In this document: positions 39,274 to 53,451 of the stretch, in pieces
Layout: every line of letters starts with the position of its first letter
How positions within the stretch are numbered: the first letter of the stretch is position 1
NCBI GenBank assembly: GCA_951406725.2
Contig: OX597822.1
Location: 3,968,001-4,032,000, forward strand
Source of the DNA: Octopus vulgaris
Lineage: Eukaryota
Direction of reading: 5' to 3'
DNA: 64,000 bases
Notes under the pieces: model-generated
Databases searched by the model: none
Told to the model about the DNA's origin: nothing
Seen by the model: the letters and a program-made list of their open reading frames with translations, nothing else
Made by a program: the position numbers and the translations under genes

Positions 39274-39400
39274 TATATAAATAAATATTTTCAAAGTGGA
39301 AAAATTTACGGATTTTTTCTTTTACGAGGTTTTTCACGCTAACTACTGATAATTTCTTATAAAGATTTTATCCTCAATTGTAAATTTATATATATATATA

Positions 39401-39624
39401 GGAGGCGCAATGGCCTAGTGGTTAGGGCAGCGGACTTGCGGTCGGAGGATCGCGGTTTCGATTACCAGACCGGGCGTTGTGTGTGTTTATTGAGCGAAAA
39501 AAACACCTAAAAGCTCCACGAGGCTCCGGCAGGAGGTGGTGATCCCTGCTGTACTCTTTCACCACTCTAAAGGCGGTGCTCCAGCATGGCCGCAGTCAAA
39601 TGACTGAAACAAGTACAAAAAAAA

Positions 39625-39640
<16 letters not shown>
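39401..39640 (+). mobile_element. SINE with family-C head and family-A tail, followed by an A run
   Basis: Head as 35640; tail aaggcggtgctccagcatggccgcagtcaaatgactgaaacaagt equals the family-A 3' end. Confidence 0.85.
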
Positions 39641-39688
<48 letters not shown>

Positions 39689-40100
39689 TATAAGTATATA
39701 TGTGTGTGTGTGTGTATGTGTGTATGTGTGTGTATGTGTGTATGTGTGTGTGCCTTCGGGGTGGTGGGTGTTGATTTGCGTGCCGGTGCAGGTATATGCT
39801 TATTCATGTATGTATGTATATATGTACTATGCATGTATGCATGTGTATGTGTGGGTATGAATAAGCATATACCTACACCGGTACACACGTCCCCCCACCC
39901 CACCACACCCCGGACACACATGCAGACTGGGAGCTTCCCATTCTTTCTCAGTCGCTTCTGGATAGGAAGTGCAAAAATTACGAAAGATGACACTTATTCA
40001 GACCTCACCTTTCCATAACTATTATTCCTGCTGTACCTTACAGCGTAACGTATTTCCTTTCGTTCAATTTCTTTTCAAGCTACCATCATGCATATATACA

Positions 40101-40149
<49 letters not shown>

Positions 40150-40954
40150 ATATATATATAAGGCTCATACGTATCTTGCTGAGGTCAGGAAGAGTGAACG
40201 ATCATATTAAAGTCTTCGTTCTATTTCGAACTGACCTCAGAGACTACCTTCACCTCCCTCTGGCACACGGAGATAAACAGCTAATGGCTTTATAATCCCC
40301 ATATATATATATATATATATATTTATATATTCTATCTACAAATTGGAAGTTCTCATCTACATCAATTTTAGGGCATAAGCTGGTAACTAATTTAATTTTA
40401 TTTACATTAGCTCACGAGCAAATGAGATATAAGATATATACATATTTGTATACTGAAAAAAAGTACAAAATTTCAATGAAGTTGCGTAAATGCAAGAATA
40501 TAAATATTTACACTGACATTTAGACGTATTCCGTCTTTTTCTTTCCTTTTTGCGTCTGCGGACGAAGAAAGAGTGGATGTTTTAGCACAAATCTACATAA
40601 CTTCTGTTAAATTTTGTACTATTACAGTATAGATGTGCATTCAGCTTATATTCCAGCTTTTTAGTGCATGATTTAGTATTTAAATATGCACAAACGCACA
40701 CGCACACGAACTTACACATGCGCACATCAACAAGTACGGTATTTATATAGTTATACAGATATTCTTTGACTAGATACATACATAGATAAATAGATAGAGA
40801 GAGAGAGATACATAGACACAGGGAGAGAAAGAGAAAGGAAAGGGAAATATTATTCAACTGCGATTGTATGCATGTATATATATACATATGTATAAGTATA
40901 TACATAGATATACCTGTATATATTTTTACATATACTTATGCATACATACATACT

Positions 40955-40988
<34 letters not shown>

Positions 40989-41094
40989 TGTGTATATATT
41001 TATATCTGTACACACACATGTGTGAGAGTGATGTGTGAGAGTGATGTGTGTGTGTGTCTATGTGTGTGTGTATATGTGTGTGTGTGTCTATGTT

Positions 41095-41128
<34 letters not shown>

Positions 41129-41688
41129 TGTTCATTCAACTAATCTATACATATATTTGTAAATATATTTGTGAGTTTGTTGGCAAGTAATTAGATGAAT
41201 AAACTCAACCCGCTGGGTGTCTGTTGAAGAAGTCTCACGCACTTAATGTAGAATGATAAAAATACATTTAAATTGAAATTTCAGCCGTAATGAGGAAGTG
41301 AAGTTGTTAGGATTAATAACAATTAATGTCAAAGAATGCAAGGGAGATAACTCCAGTATTTCAATTGATTAAGAATGCTATGCTGTTATGCAATGCATGG
41401 ATGAGTTCGGAAGTATACATCTGTTGTTTTGAAGTCATGTTTGTAAGTTATTCATACAGAGTTAAGACCTCTGCAGGGTAAGAGCAATATTATTACAGCT
41501 ATTTATAAACTCAGGTGTGTATTTTGCAAAGTTGTGAGAAATTGGTAAAGGTAGAACAGAATATGTGAAGACGGGAACTCCTGAAATACTTACTTAAGGA
41601 AATCCCAATATCTGGAAGTCCTGCGCTTGCGTAAAACAAAGACATGACCAGTTGTTATATAATATATTAGCCAATATTCAATAGCTAT

Positions 41689-42330
41689 TAAGGCGGCAAA
41701 ATCGTAAGCACGCCGGGTAACATGCTTAGAGGCATTTCCTCCGTCCTCATGTTCTAAGTTCATATTCCGTCGAGATCGACTTTACCTTGCATCCCTTCTG
41801 GGTTGATTAAATAAATACCAGTTTAACATTGGGGTCGACCTAATCGCCTTATCCCCTTCCCCGAAATTGCTGGCCTTGCGGCAGAAGTTGAAACTGATAT
41901 TTAATTATTATTAAGGCGGCAATTTGGCAAAATCGTTAAGACGCCGGATTTTATGTTCTAAGCTCAAATTCCGTAGAGGTTGATTTTGCCTTTCATGCTT
42001 TCGGGGTCGATAAAATAAGTACCAGTTGAAAACTGGGGTCGATGTAATCGATTTATCTCCTTCCCCCAAATTGCTGGCCTTGTGTCAAAATTTAAAATCA
42101 ATATTTACTGGTTTGCAGGTTGTAAGCTGGCAGAATCATTAGCACGCCGGGCAAAATGCTTAGCGGCATTTCGTCTGTTTTTATATTTTGAGTTCAAATC
42201 TCGCCGAGGTCGACTTTACCTGTCATCCCTTCGATCTTGATTAAATAAGTACCAGTTGAACATTGGGGTCGACGTAATCGACTTATCTCTTCCTAAATTG
42301 CCGGCCATGTACCAACATTTGAAACTAATA
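41689..42330 (+). repeat. Three head-to-tail family-B SINE units (~205-225 bp)
   Basis: Units start near 41689, 41913 and 42117, each ending ...ctggccttgtg...tttgaaac-like. Confidence 0.9.
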
Positions 42331-42649
42331 ATTTGTTTTGTCTCTAACGGCGATGTTAAATAATGTTTGTATAGGACGATAGTGGAGAATGGAATCATAA
42401 ACTTTGCCGATTTTGACGTTACATAGAATACAACATTAGGTGGTTTATTTTGTTTATTCTTTTTATTTGTGTTTTTGCTACTTTTTTTTCCTTTTTTTTC
42501 CTTAAGTAGATATTTTAAATCATTTGATATTCCCTTTGATAGAATCATGAGCAGTTTTTGGTTAATTGTAGCAGTCTATAAGCGGATTGCGACTGAAATG
42601 TTGAATACGTGTTCGGTTATGCCGAGAATTCAGGTATCTGAAAATCTGA

Positions 42650-43035
42650 AAACCACATGGTTCCGGGTTCAACTCCACTGCATGGCACCTTGGGCAAGTG
42701 TCTTCTAATATATATCCCCAGGCCGACCAATACCTTGGGAGTAAATTTGGTGAATGGAAACTGAAAGAAGTCTTTCGTATATGTACATATGTATGAGAGT
42801 ACGTGTGTTTGTATGTGTGTGTGTGTGTGTGTCTGTGTTTGTCCGCCACCACCGCTTGACAACCGGTGTTGGTGTGTTTCCGTTCCGTAACTTAGTGGTT
42901 CGGCAAAAGAACCTATAGAACAAGTACCAAGCTATAGAAATATAAATACTAGAGTGATTCATTCAACTAAAAATTTTCCGAGGCTTGTGCCCCAGCCTGG
43001 CGGTAGTCAAATGACTGAACAAAGATAAAAGATTT
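42650..43035 (+). mobile_element. SINE family A
   Basis: accacatggttccgggttcaac...ccttgggcaagtgtcttc...cgcttgacaaccggtg...aatgactgaa. Confidence 0.9.
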
Positions 43036-43494
43036 AGATTGGTAGCATGGTGTTATTTTATTTAAGATTATTTTAGATGTCTAACGATTTTTCTCCAGCT
43101 TTCCAGAACCAGGAAACTTGATAGTGTTGATCAGGGCAACTGTAAATCCATCAGATAAATTCATAATACGTAACACTTGAATAAATAGTGTTGAGATCTA
43201 CTTCTGATGGTTCTCAGACTGAAGTTCTGGCTTCGCGGGCGCAAATTTCGAAATATCCCTTTACAGACTTAATGTTGCGTGAGTCTAATTTTTTAGAGTG
43301 TATATTTCAATATGAAATAACATGTTTCAAGAATGCAACATCACTTTTAAAAAGATATGTTTTTATTCAGATACAGGCAGTATGCAGCATTTGATAGAAT
43401 TAGGATTGATCAGATGTGTATCTCAAAAATGTAGCATCGATGTAAAACAAAAACGAAGATGCTGTGTACTTGAAAAAATAACAAATATGTAATA

Positions 43495-43599
43495 CTAGCA
43501 GTATCGCCCGGCGTTGCTCGGGTTTGTTTCGATCCTTCAGAATTCGATTCAATTAACAGCCAACTCTCGCGCTCGTATGCATGCACACACACACGCACA

Positions 43600-43631
<32 letters not shown>

Positions 43632-44002
43632 AACACACACACGCGCGCGCGCGCGCACATGCACACACTCACGCACGCATGCACACACACATGCACGCGC
43701 ACATATTATTTCGAAACAGATAAGTAATCTTAATATTTATGTACAGTCGTTACTTATAAACTACTGAGTCGTTCCCCCTACAACGTATCTATTTCTGAAT
43801 GCTGAAATATTTTTAAAAATCACTCTTTTTGCCACAGCAACCACATCTTTATAGCTTGCGAATTTTAACCATCGCGGGTCGCATCCTCACCACGCATTTA
43901 GTATCCCTGCCAATTTTCAGCTCTATCATAGCACGTCTAGTGCCATTAAATCCTTACCAAAGCCAAAGTGTACAAGTCTTTTTCCTCTTTTATATAGGTA
44001 GA
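43495..44002 (-). mobile_element. Non-autonomous Helitron
   Basis: 3' hairpin and CTAG identical to 16323; 5' TCTACCTATATAAAA; A|T target. Confidence 0.8.
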
Positions 44003-45798
44003 TAAATGGAAATATTTTAAATATATGAAGCACCTATCAGAACAAGAGCCAACGAGGTTGTCTATACGTTGTCGCTCGGCCAGCTCTGAATAGCTGACAA
44101 AGCTATCTTATATCCACGATACGTTATATCTGGAAACAAGAAAGCCGAGATAGTCACGGCTGTAGGAATCATAAGTGTGCTCGATCATAGCTGAGCTAGG
44201 CTAAATAACGACATAGAAGAAACTGTAACACTGTTGTTGAGTTCAACCCTACATGGCTAACAATAGCAAACATTTTAAATATTCCTCAAGCCGTCATGAA
44301 TGTCTTACTTTATAAGATATTTATAATTTAGATAGAAGGCCAGCATGTTTGAGGCAAGCAGTTTTATGTATCCCAGCTGACGAATAGTAAAGTTTGTGAT
44401 CGACAGCATTAGAACTGAGAACGTTAAAAGTCGGAACAAATACTGCAAAGTATTGTTTCTGATACTCTAACATTTCACTACCATAGGTCCTACTTGATAA
44501 AAGGAGGTGGGAAACTGTCTGTAAAAATGTTTTGGAATTCATTTTCGGTTTGTGTACATATTCAAGGCATCTGGAAGTAATACAGAATAAAACCACTCAA
44601 AACACAGCTTTAAAAAAAATGATAACAGAAAGGATGCGGTTAAGAACAAAATATATATATATATATTTACGATAATTTACTGGGTCTCTTATTCTCAGCG
44701 CGAAGCTCACGTTTTCTAGACAATGATCTTGTCTAATGTCTGCGAAACGATTACCACATTCGATATATAAAATATTCATGATGTTCCAAATCTTTTACAG
44801 ACAGCACGTGATTCAATAGAATGAACCAGAAGAGTTCCAGAAAGTTTAGAATTACAATTGTTAATGATGACATGCGCATTAACTTAAGTTCTTGCTCAAA
44901 CCATTCTTCACAGCAGGATTAAATATGTTTAAGTACACATAATAGACTTCCAGACAGCATTATAGAATTATGTGTATAATTTTCTTTTTATTAGATTCAT
45001 TTGGAAACTAACCTCCAAATCCGGTTGTTCGATGTGCTAGATATAGAAGCTAAATCTCCCACAAAGTTCAATGGTCTTGAATCGAGTCCACGAAATGTAA
45101 TCTCTGATTAAAATAAAAGTGCCTACATATACCTGCGTGCGTCGATAGGTGTGGTGGTATATTGTAGTTGTACATATTTACATGTATCTGTTTGTATGGA
45201 TTTCCACACCGCACGCACACGCAGCTGCACATACACACTCACTGGAATACACACATATAAGCAACAGTCACACATTTACACACGCGCGCACTCATACTAA
45301 CATTCACAGTCAATCAAAGAATGGATTTATCCATACAAATTTGCACACTAGACCACATACAGACAGTCATACATGTGTACACACTCAGCCGCACACACAA
45401 GCACGCTTGCGAACGCACATACGCATACACACACACACGCACACACACACACACAACTCTTTGTTTGCTCTCACCTTTTCCTTCCTTCTCTTTTAAGTAA
45501 ACACACATATCCATACACCCATACAGGGATACATACACACAGGCATAATCCTCAGATGGACTCAAGGCAGACATTGAAGGGAGAGGTCATAGCATTGATG
45601 AGTTCACGAATATTGACGAAAGGACTTTCACAAACAAGCAAGCGATTGATTGTTTAGCAAACAAATTAAACAAACCAGTGAGTAGTTAGTTGGTTGGATA
45701 TTTAACTGATTGATTAACGATAACGAAGTGAAATTGAATCAGTTCTGTTATAATTATTAGCATAATGACCCTCCCAAGACACAAAACACACACACACG

Positions 45799-45853
<55 letters not shown>

Positions 45854-45929
45854 GGAGAGCGAGAGAGTGCAAGATAGATAGATGCATGCATATATACATA
45901 TACATATATGTATACATATTTATACATGC

Positions 45930-45960
<31 letters not shown>

Positions 45961-46370
45961 CATATACACACAAACGCACTCACACACGCGCACACAAACG
46001 CACACACGCACACACATATGCATATATGAATTAATAATAAAGAGAACAGAGATTTATATATCCAGTTATATTCTGTTGTCAATCACGTGTTTCCATTTCT
46101 GCACCTACATATCTTTCTGCTGCAATTTCGTGCACACTACAAAATTTCGCTTCCCTTGTGTGCATTTTGGTGTAAATCGCCGCTTCCTCAGGGTGCTATT
46201 AACAGCGTTTCAGATCCCATCTGAACTAAATACAAGTTCAACCCAAACATATATGCATATATATATACATACACACAGACACACGCGTTCACACACACAC
46301 ATACACACACACACACATACACACACGCACACACTCATGTGTGTGTGTGCGTGTGTATACACTTAGATAA

Positions 46371-46736
46371 TTTTCGGCCAGAATTGGCCCAGACTAGGCT
46401 TAACTCGATAGCATCACTTCACAAAGATACTTAATGATGTTTCATATTGGAATCACTTTTGGGGTTTCCTAACCTATCCGAGTAAATGTTATGAGAGACA
46501 TTTTTCTTTTATTCGTCTTCGGATCAAGGCCAGTTGCGGGAAATAATTTCATCCTCGTCTTGTGATGCAACGCGATCTTGATTTTTGTGAAGGTTAGATG
46601 GCACAGTGACGCAGCCTTTAGGGAACTTTAAAGTTGATACCAACATCACTTGAGCTGTGCAGTTGGAATATTTTCTACATCACACAAATGATATAACGAA
46701 CACGGTGGCCGGTGGAGTGAATATAGTTTCAGCGTC

Positions 46737-46737
<1 letters not shown>
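46371..46737 (-). mobile_element. Old CR1-like LINE 3' fragment
   Basis: Minus strand ctgaaactatattcactcca (LKLYSL)...tatatcatttgtgtgatgt...ccaattctggccgaaa aligns with 46785-47278. Confidence 0.75.
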
Positions 46738-46784
<47 letters not shown>

Positions 46785-46788
<4 letters not shown>

Positions 46789-47277
46789 TGCTGGAACCGC
46801 CTTAGAGCATTGAAACTCTATTCCCTCCAGCGCCGCCGTGAGCGATACATCATTTGCACGATGTGGAGAATATACCACCAGCATTGCCCAAATGACCTTA
46901 ATATTAGCTTCAAATTTCATCGAAGGCTAGGACCACGGGCCATACGTCCCCTACCCAATTCAAGATTACAACACATAAATACGCTGCAACAGAATTTCTT
47001 TTCCTCAACAGGCCCTGTCCTATTTAACATTGTCCCGAAACAGATCAAAGAGGAAAAGGATCCCATTACCGCTAAACGGAATCTGGACATATTTCTTCAA
47101 GGAATACCAGATAAGCCACCTATACCTGGATACAGCTCATTCAACAAGAAATTCCCTACTCGAATGGAACATGATACCACAAAACTTGACTTCAAAAGGA
47201 TTTAGGTAATCCTATCAGGTGGTGTTATTAAGTTAGACATGGCCTGGACCAATCTTTGGTCGAAATATATCTACGTT

Positions 47278-47278
<1 letters not shown>
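46785..47278 (+). mobile_element. CR1-like LINE 3' fragment (RT C-terminus and 3' stem-loop)
   Basis: DCWNRLRALKLYSLQRRRERYII...FFSSTGPVLFNIVPKQI...KRNLDIFLQGIPDKP; 3' gacca-atctt-tggtc hairpin. Confidence 0.9.
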
Positions 47279-47310
<32 letters not shown>

Positions 47311-47834
47311 GTGTGTGTATGTGTGTGTGTGTTTGTGCGTGTGCGTAATAAGGTTTATCACGAAGCAGAGTTGACATTACCTTTAATTCCTTATTACATA
47401 TATACAGCTTCAAATATACCAACAGGTGATTCTACTGCACCGATTAGTAACCTTTGCAATTGTAAATTTACTATTAGAACGGTTTCTTCAGAATCTTCAC
47501 TTTAATATCCTTTGACTTAACTGTTTAAAGTTTTTCGTTAATGTTCTTCATGTTCTCTCATGTGATAAGATCCAGGGATCCAAGCGTAGGAAGTTTGTAA
47601 GATTCAAGCAATCCGTGCAATTATTACATCAGAGGATCAGCTAACAAACATACGTAGCCTACATTTCACCCGTTTCAATACCTAGATTTAAATGTGTGTG
47701 TGTGTGTGCGTGTGTGCGTGCAGGTGTATGAGTGTATGTGTGTATGTGTGTATGTGTGTGTGTGTGTGTGTGTTGCGACATTAGTAATGATTGAGACATT
47801 AAGTTTCACCTGACGGCTTATAGTGTGTCCGGCG

Positions 47835-47951
47835 TGCCTGTGTGTTAAGACGCCTGCTTCGCAACCAGATGGTTCCGGATTCAGTCCCCAGCGTGTTACA
47901 CTGAGTGTCTTGTGAGTGGATTTGGCAGACCGAAACTGAAACTAACCCGTC

Positions 47952-48025
<74 letters not shown>

Positions 48026-48212
48026 TGTGTACATATATACGTACATATCAGTGTGTATGTGTCTTTGGGTCTGTGTTTCTACCCCATCCACTTGATAATC
48101 ATTTTTGGTGTGCTTATCTCTCTTTAACTTAGCGATTCTGCAATAGATAAAATAAGTACTAGGCTTAAAATAATACTTTCTGGCATCGATCTGTTCGATT
48201 AAAAACCCTTCA
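47835..48212 (+). mobile_element. SINE family A, degenerate
   Basis: ggttccggattcagtccc...tgtgagtggatttggcagac...ataagtactaggctt. Confidence 0.8.
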
Positions 48213-48214
48213 AT

Positions 48215-48972
48215 TATTCAATGAAATCGCCATTGGCTTCATCAGCGGCCTCCAAACAACTTCAGAATCTCCTGCAACACTTCTGGACGATCTCGTTGTT
48301 TAAGTTGGTGAATGCTGCCATAATCCTCGCCTTGAGTTCACCTTTGGTGTTACAAGTAGTTTTGTTGTTCTCTCGCTCAGCTGCACGCCACACATAATAA
48401 TCAAGAGGGTTGCAGTCTGGGGAGTTAGGTGGCCAGATATTAGGGGTGAAGTAGTCACAGAAATTGCCATGACTGGGTTCTCCTGCTTGTGCGGCATGGT
48501 GCAGAGTCCTGTTGCCAGACATAGGGTCTTCCAGCAGCCACCTGTCTTGACCTAGGGCAGCACTACCACCTCCAGGCCCTTGATGTAGGCCTCTGTGTTG
48601 AGTGTGAGACCGTGTGGGTAGAGGAATGGAGGTATAACGTTGCCATCACTAGTGATCACTCCAAACATCATTATGTAGTCTGGATATTTGATATTTTATC
48701 ACTCTCGGTACATGTCCTCAGACTGCACTCTCCTCAGATTGACACCCAAAGACTGAAATATTTCGTATTGCAGCTTCCAGCACGAATCCCAAGCAGTACG
48801 GCATATCGTTTCCAAACTCCTGACAGAGTGAATTGCGTCATGGTGCTGTTTTTCTCACATACAGTGCCCAGCTGACCCTTCTATACTGTGTAATGGACAA
48901 GATCAAAAACGAACAATGTGCATGCGCGAAATAAAAATATAAAATGGCGACAATTTACCCATCGCATATATA
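48215..48972 (-). mobile_element. Internally deleted DD37D (maT-like) transposon
   Basis: MTQFTL..WKRYAVLLGIRAG (ATG at 48841) joined to IMMFGVITSDG...GRPYVWQQDSAPC...WPPNSPDCNPLDYYVW...EANGDFIE*. Confidence 0.92.
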
Positions 48973-48979
48973 CATACCT

Positions 48980-49616
<637 letters not shown>

Positions 49617-49618
49617 TG

Positions 49619-49650
<32 letters not shown>

Positions 49651-50302
49651 CATACATATATATGTATATATGTATATATGTATATTTGTATATATGTGTG
49701 TGTGTGCATACATATATATAAGAATAAATGTATATTTACACACACACATACATAAATATATTCATTTATATGTCTGTGCCTGTGACTGTATGTGTGTGTA
49801 CATTAATGTTATAGCGATTACGCGATTCCTTTTCATACATTTCCATTTCAATTTTGTGTTATCCTTTGACTAACGTTTATTCTAATGTATTCATTCTCAA
49901 ACGACTTCTTTTAAATGTGTATCTTATATTTTATGCATTGTGGAGCTGGTTTTATAATTCCATTCTACAAACATTCACCTATGTGTTTTCAATAACAAAT
50001 CGTAATCTACTGACAGACACGTTATCTATTTGCGACAACATTGTAAAAGCGAAGTATTCTCAATAATAGATACATGCTTTATTTTCATCTCGATTCATAT
50101 AACCAAATATACCACATGTTTGCACGAAACATTTAAGGGAGAAACATCATAAATATTTCGTTTACTACATGGCCCCTTTTACATCTGTTTACACACGCAA
50201 ACAGGAACATGTATAACATTATATATACATACGTATAACCATAAATATATCTAGATACATAAAGTGATAGAAACAAAAATTCACATATGCATATATATAT
50301 AC

Positions 50303-50385
<83 letters not shown>

Positions 50386-50456
50386 CATATACATATATAT
50401 ACATACATATATTAATGATCAGCAGAATTTAGAGTAACTCAAGGGTCGATTACTCA

Positions 50457-50492
<36 letters not shown>

Positions 50493-50500
<8 letters not shown>

Positions 50501-50707
50501 TGTACCGTCTCGAGCCACGCCTGGCTCATAGGGCCGGTTTTCCGGTTTCCTTGGTGTATAGGTTCCCCACCTGGACGGGACGTTGCCAGATGAGAGAAAG
50601 TTGTGGCGAAAGAGTCAGCAGAAGTTCGCCATTACCTTCTGCCGGAGCCACGTGGAGCTTAGGTAATCCCTCGACTGTTGCTCTAACCACTAGGTCACGT
50701 GCTTCCA
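50493..50707 (-). mobile_element. SINE family C, internally deleted
   Basis: Reverse complement of parts of 4951-5220. Confidence 0.85.
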
Positions 50708-50771
<64 letters not shown>

Positions 50772-50784
50772 GTATGTATGTATG

Positions 50785-50830
<46 letters not shown>

Positions 50831-50834
<4 letters not shown>

Positions 50835-51529
50835 TTACAGATATATGGTGAAATATAATTAATTTAATAAAATCAACAAATTTTACCTAGTAGTATTTCG
50901 GTATGGAAAAGGACCATATTCGGTAAAAAATTATATAATTATAATAATAAGGGTTTTTTGCAACAAGTTGCTTAACCACATACCGAAAATTTTAGAAATA
51001 GCAGCCAAAAGACTACTATTTCCTTTTACTACAAAAGTAAGTCTCCACAGACAACAATATTTGTAACTCACATATGGCAAAAAAGAAGAAAAATAATGAA
51101 ATCACACAATCTTCGGTTAATTATGGACGTACGTTTCTGGATTAGAATCATAAAACCCATTTCCTTCATCGACATAATATTCCTATAAATCTAGAAATGC
51201 TAGGAAAACTTATCTCATATATTTTCGATCAAGCGACGTCGAAAAATATAAAAGCCAATCAGCATATACACATTTATATAGACAAGTGAATTCGTATTTC
51301 CCTCCAGAATTTTACCACGTGAGTCACAAAATAGTACTGCCAAAAAAAAATTCGTAGTTTTGTCGTAGGGGTGTAAAATAGTCATTACAGATATAGAGTG
51401 AAATATAATTAATTTAATAAAATCAACAAATTTCTCCTTGTATTATTCGGTGGTTAAGCAACTTGTTGCAAAAAACCCTTATTATTATAATTATATAAAT
51501 TTTTACCGAATGTGGTCCTTTTCCATACC
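50831..51529 (-). mobile_element. Penelope-pLTR-like element with direct and inverted terminal segments and a hammerhead-like motif (51120-51178)
   Basis: 50831-50901 is repeated directly at 51381-51451; 50899-50978 is inverted at 51451-51529; minus strand attatg-TCGATGA-a-GGA...TCC-a-GAA-ACGTACGT-C-cataat. Confidence 0.7.
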
Positions 51530-51720
51530 CACCCACACAGCTTGACAACCTGTGTTGGTGTGCTTACATTCACGTAATTTAGAGGTTCGGCAAAACTGCC
51601 CGATGGATTAAGTGACAGTTTTTTAAAAAATAAGTACTGGGGTAGAATCATTCGTCAAAACATTTTTCATGACGGTGCCCCAGCATGACCGCAATCTAAT
51701 AATTCAAATACGATAAAAGT
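51530..51720 (+). mobile_element. SINE family A, 3' half
   Basis: gcttgacaacc...ggttcggcaaaa...taagtactgggg...ggtgccccagcatgaccgca. Confidence 0.8.
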
Positions 51721-51818
51721 TAAATTATGTCAGGAATTCTATAAAGAAATGTTTAGATATTTTGTGTATTGTAGAAATATATTTTAACATATATTTTAAC
51801 AACAAAATTTTATGATTA

Positions 51819-52016
51819 CAGGTGATTTTACCGCCATTAATTTACCGTGAGGCAATTTCACCGCGAGGAAAGTTTACCGCAAAAATATATCCATAGTATC
51901 TCGCCATTAACAGTTAAAACTGTTTTATTGAAAAAAAAAACGGTGAACTTTCCCTGCAGTGAACTGACGACGGTGAACTATCCCTGCAGTGCGTTGATGA
52001 CGATGGACTTACCCTG
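51819..52016. mobile_element. Foldback MITE with ~15 bp subterminal repeats
   Basis: Left tttaccgc/ttcaccgc repeats face right cggtgaac/cagtgaac repeats; ends cagg...cctg. Confidence 0.6.
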
Positions 52017-52732
52017 TATGAAATCTTATATGACCCCACCACCAAGGGCCATATAAACCCCGGTTGAGAACCATTGATCTAGATCGCGGTTTATGTTCTG
52101 AACATAGGGATATATTTTAACTAGTTAGTATCAATACTATATCTTTCTATTATTACACAAGACGCTAAGGTAACTATCAGCCAGTCCATACGTCCCCGTA
52201 AAATATATCCAAGCAATATATTCTCCAGTCTATAATTTCATTTGAAGGAGATTTTAGTACTGTTTCTGATACGAAAAGGGAAAACGGTACCGGCTTGCAA
52301 GTTCGTTGGAGTCATGTGTAATAGATTGTATCAAAATATATACAAATTCCATAATTAGCTCACCGTAACGGTTTGCTTGCCCCAACATTGTAACTTTAAC
52401 TACCTTAGTCACATCTGGCCAGCAGCTGTTATCCCAATTCCTCCGCACACATCTTCGCACGCACATGCGCACGTACTCCTACATAGAGTTACACACATAT
52501 ACACAGACATGGACGTTTATACAAATACTATGATTTGGGAGAAGACTATCGCATATCTTGGGGTTGGCACAGATAGTTGGTAGCGTTTTGTTGTGCCAAT
52601 ACATATGTATAGGAACAGTATATGTGTGTATATGTACAGCGCAAAATACAAACACACGTCCATACATGTATATATAAGTATGCATACATATATTCACATT
52701 TACATATATGCGTGTGTATAGTTGTGTATATG

Positions 52733-53066
52733 TTGGCTGTGGTTAAAGAGTCGAGCTTACAGTCATGAGGTAGTGAGTTCGATTCCCAGACTGGGAGTAT
52801 GTTGTATTCTTGAGCAAGTTATTTTATTTCACTTTGCTCAAGTTCACTCAGTTGCAGAAATGAGTTGCGATGTCATTGGTGCCAAGCTGTATCGGCCCCT
52901 TTTGCCTTTCCCTTAGATATTGTTAATGGCGTGGAGAAGGATGGTTGGAATGCATGGGGTACTGCTGGTCTTCCATAAACAACCTTGCCCGGACTTGGGC
53001 CTCGGAGGAAAACTTTCTACGTGCAATTTCAAGGTTATTCATGACCAAAACAGGTCTTTACCCTTT
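52733..53066 (+). mobile_element. SINE with D-like head and a third tail type
   Basis: tggctgtggttaaag, B-box gagttcgattccc, then gagttgcgatgtcattggtgccaagctgtatcgg (shared with 54743-55020). Confidence 0.85.
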
Positions 53067-53068
53067 TC

Positions 53069-53122
<54 letters not shown>

Positions 53123-53364
53123 AAAAAATCAAGGTAGAAAATGCTAAAATAATTTTATAAGAAACATTTCAGTACCGGTTACTGTATGGAAAACAATTAA
53201 ATTTTGGAAAAATTAAAAGAAAAGTCTTTTAAAAGAATATTTGCATAGTGTTCTAATACAAGTGGCGCTTTCCTTGTTTCTGCCTTTCTCTGTCTCTCTT
53301 GTTTACTCTTGTGAACTCGTGTGTTCCTTTTCAACTTTTACACACACACACATACACACGCACG

Positions 53365-53403
<39 letters not shown>

Positions 53404-53451
53404 TTATGAGAAAACGTTGTTGTCAGCTGCAATACCGTTTTGCTCTTTTGA

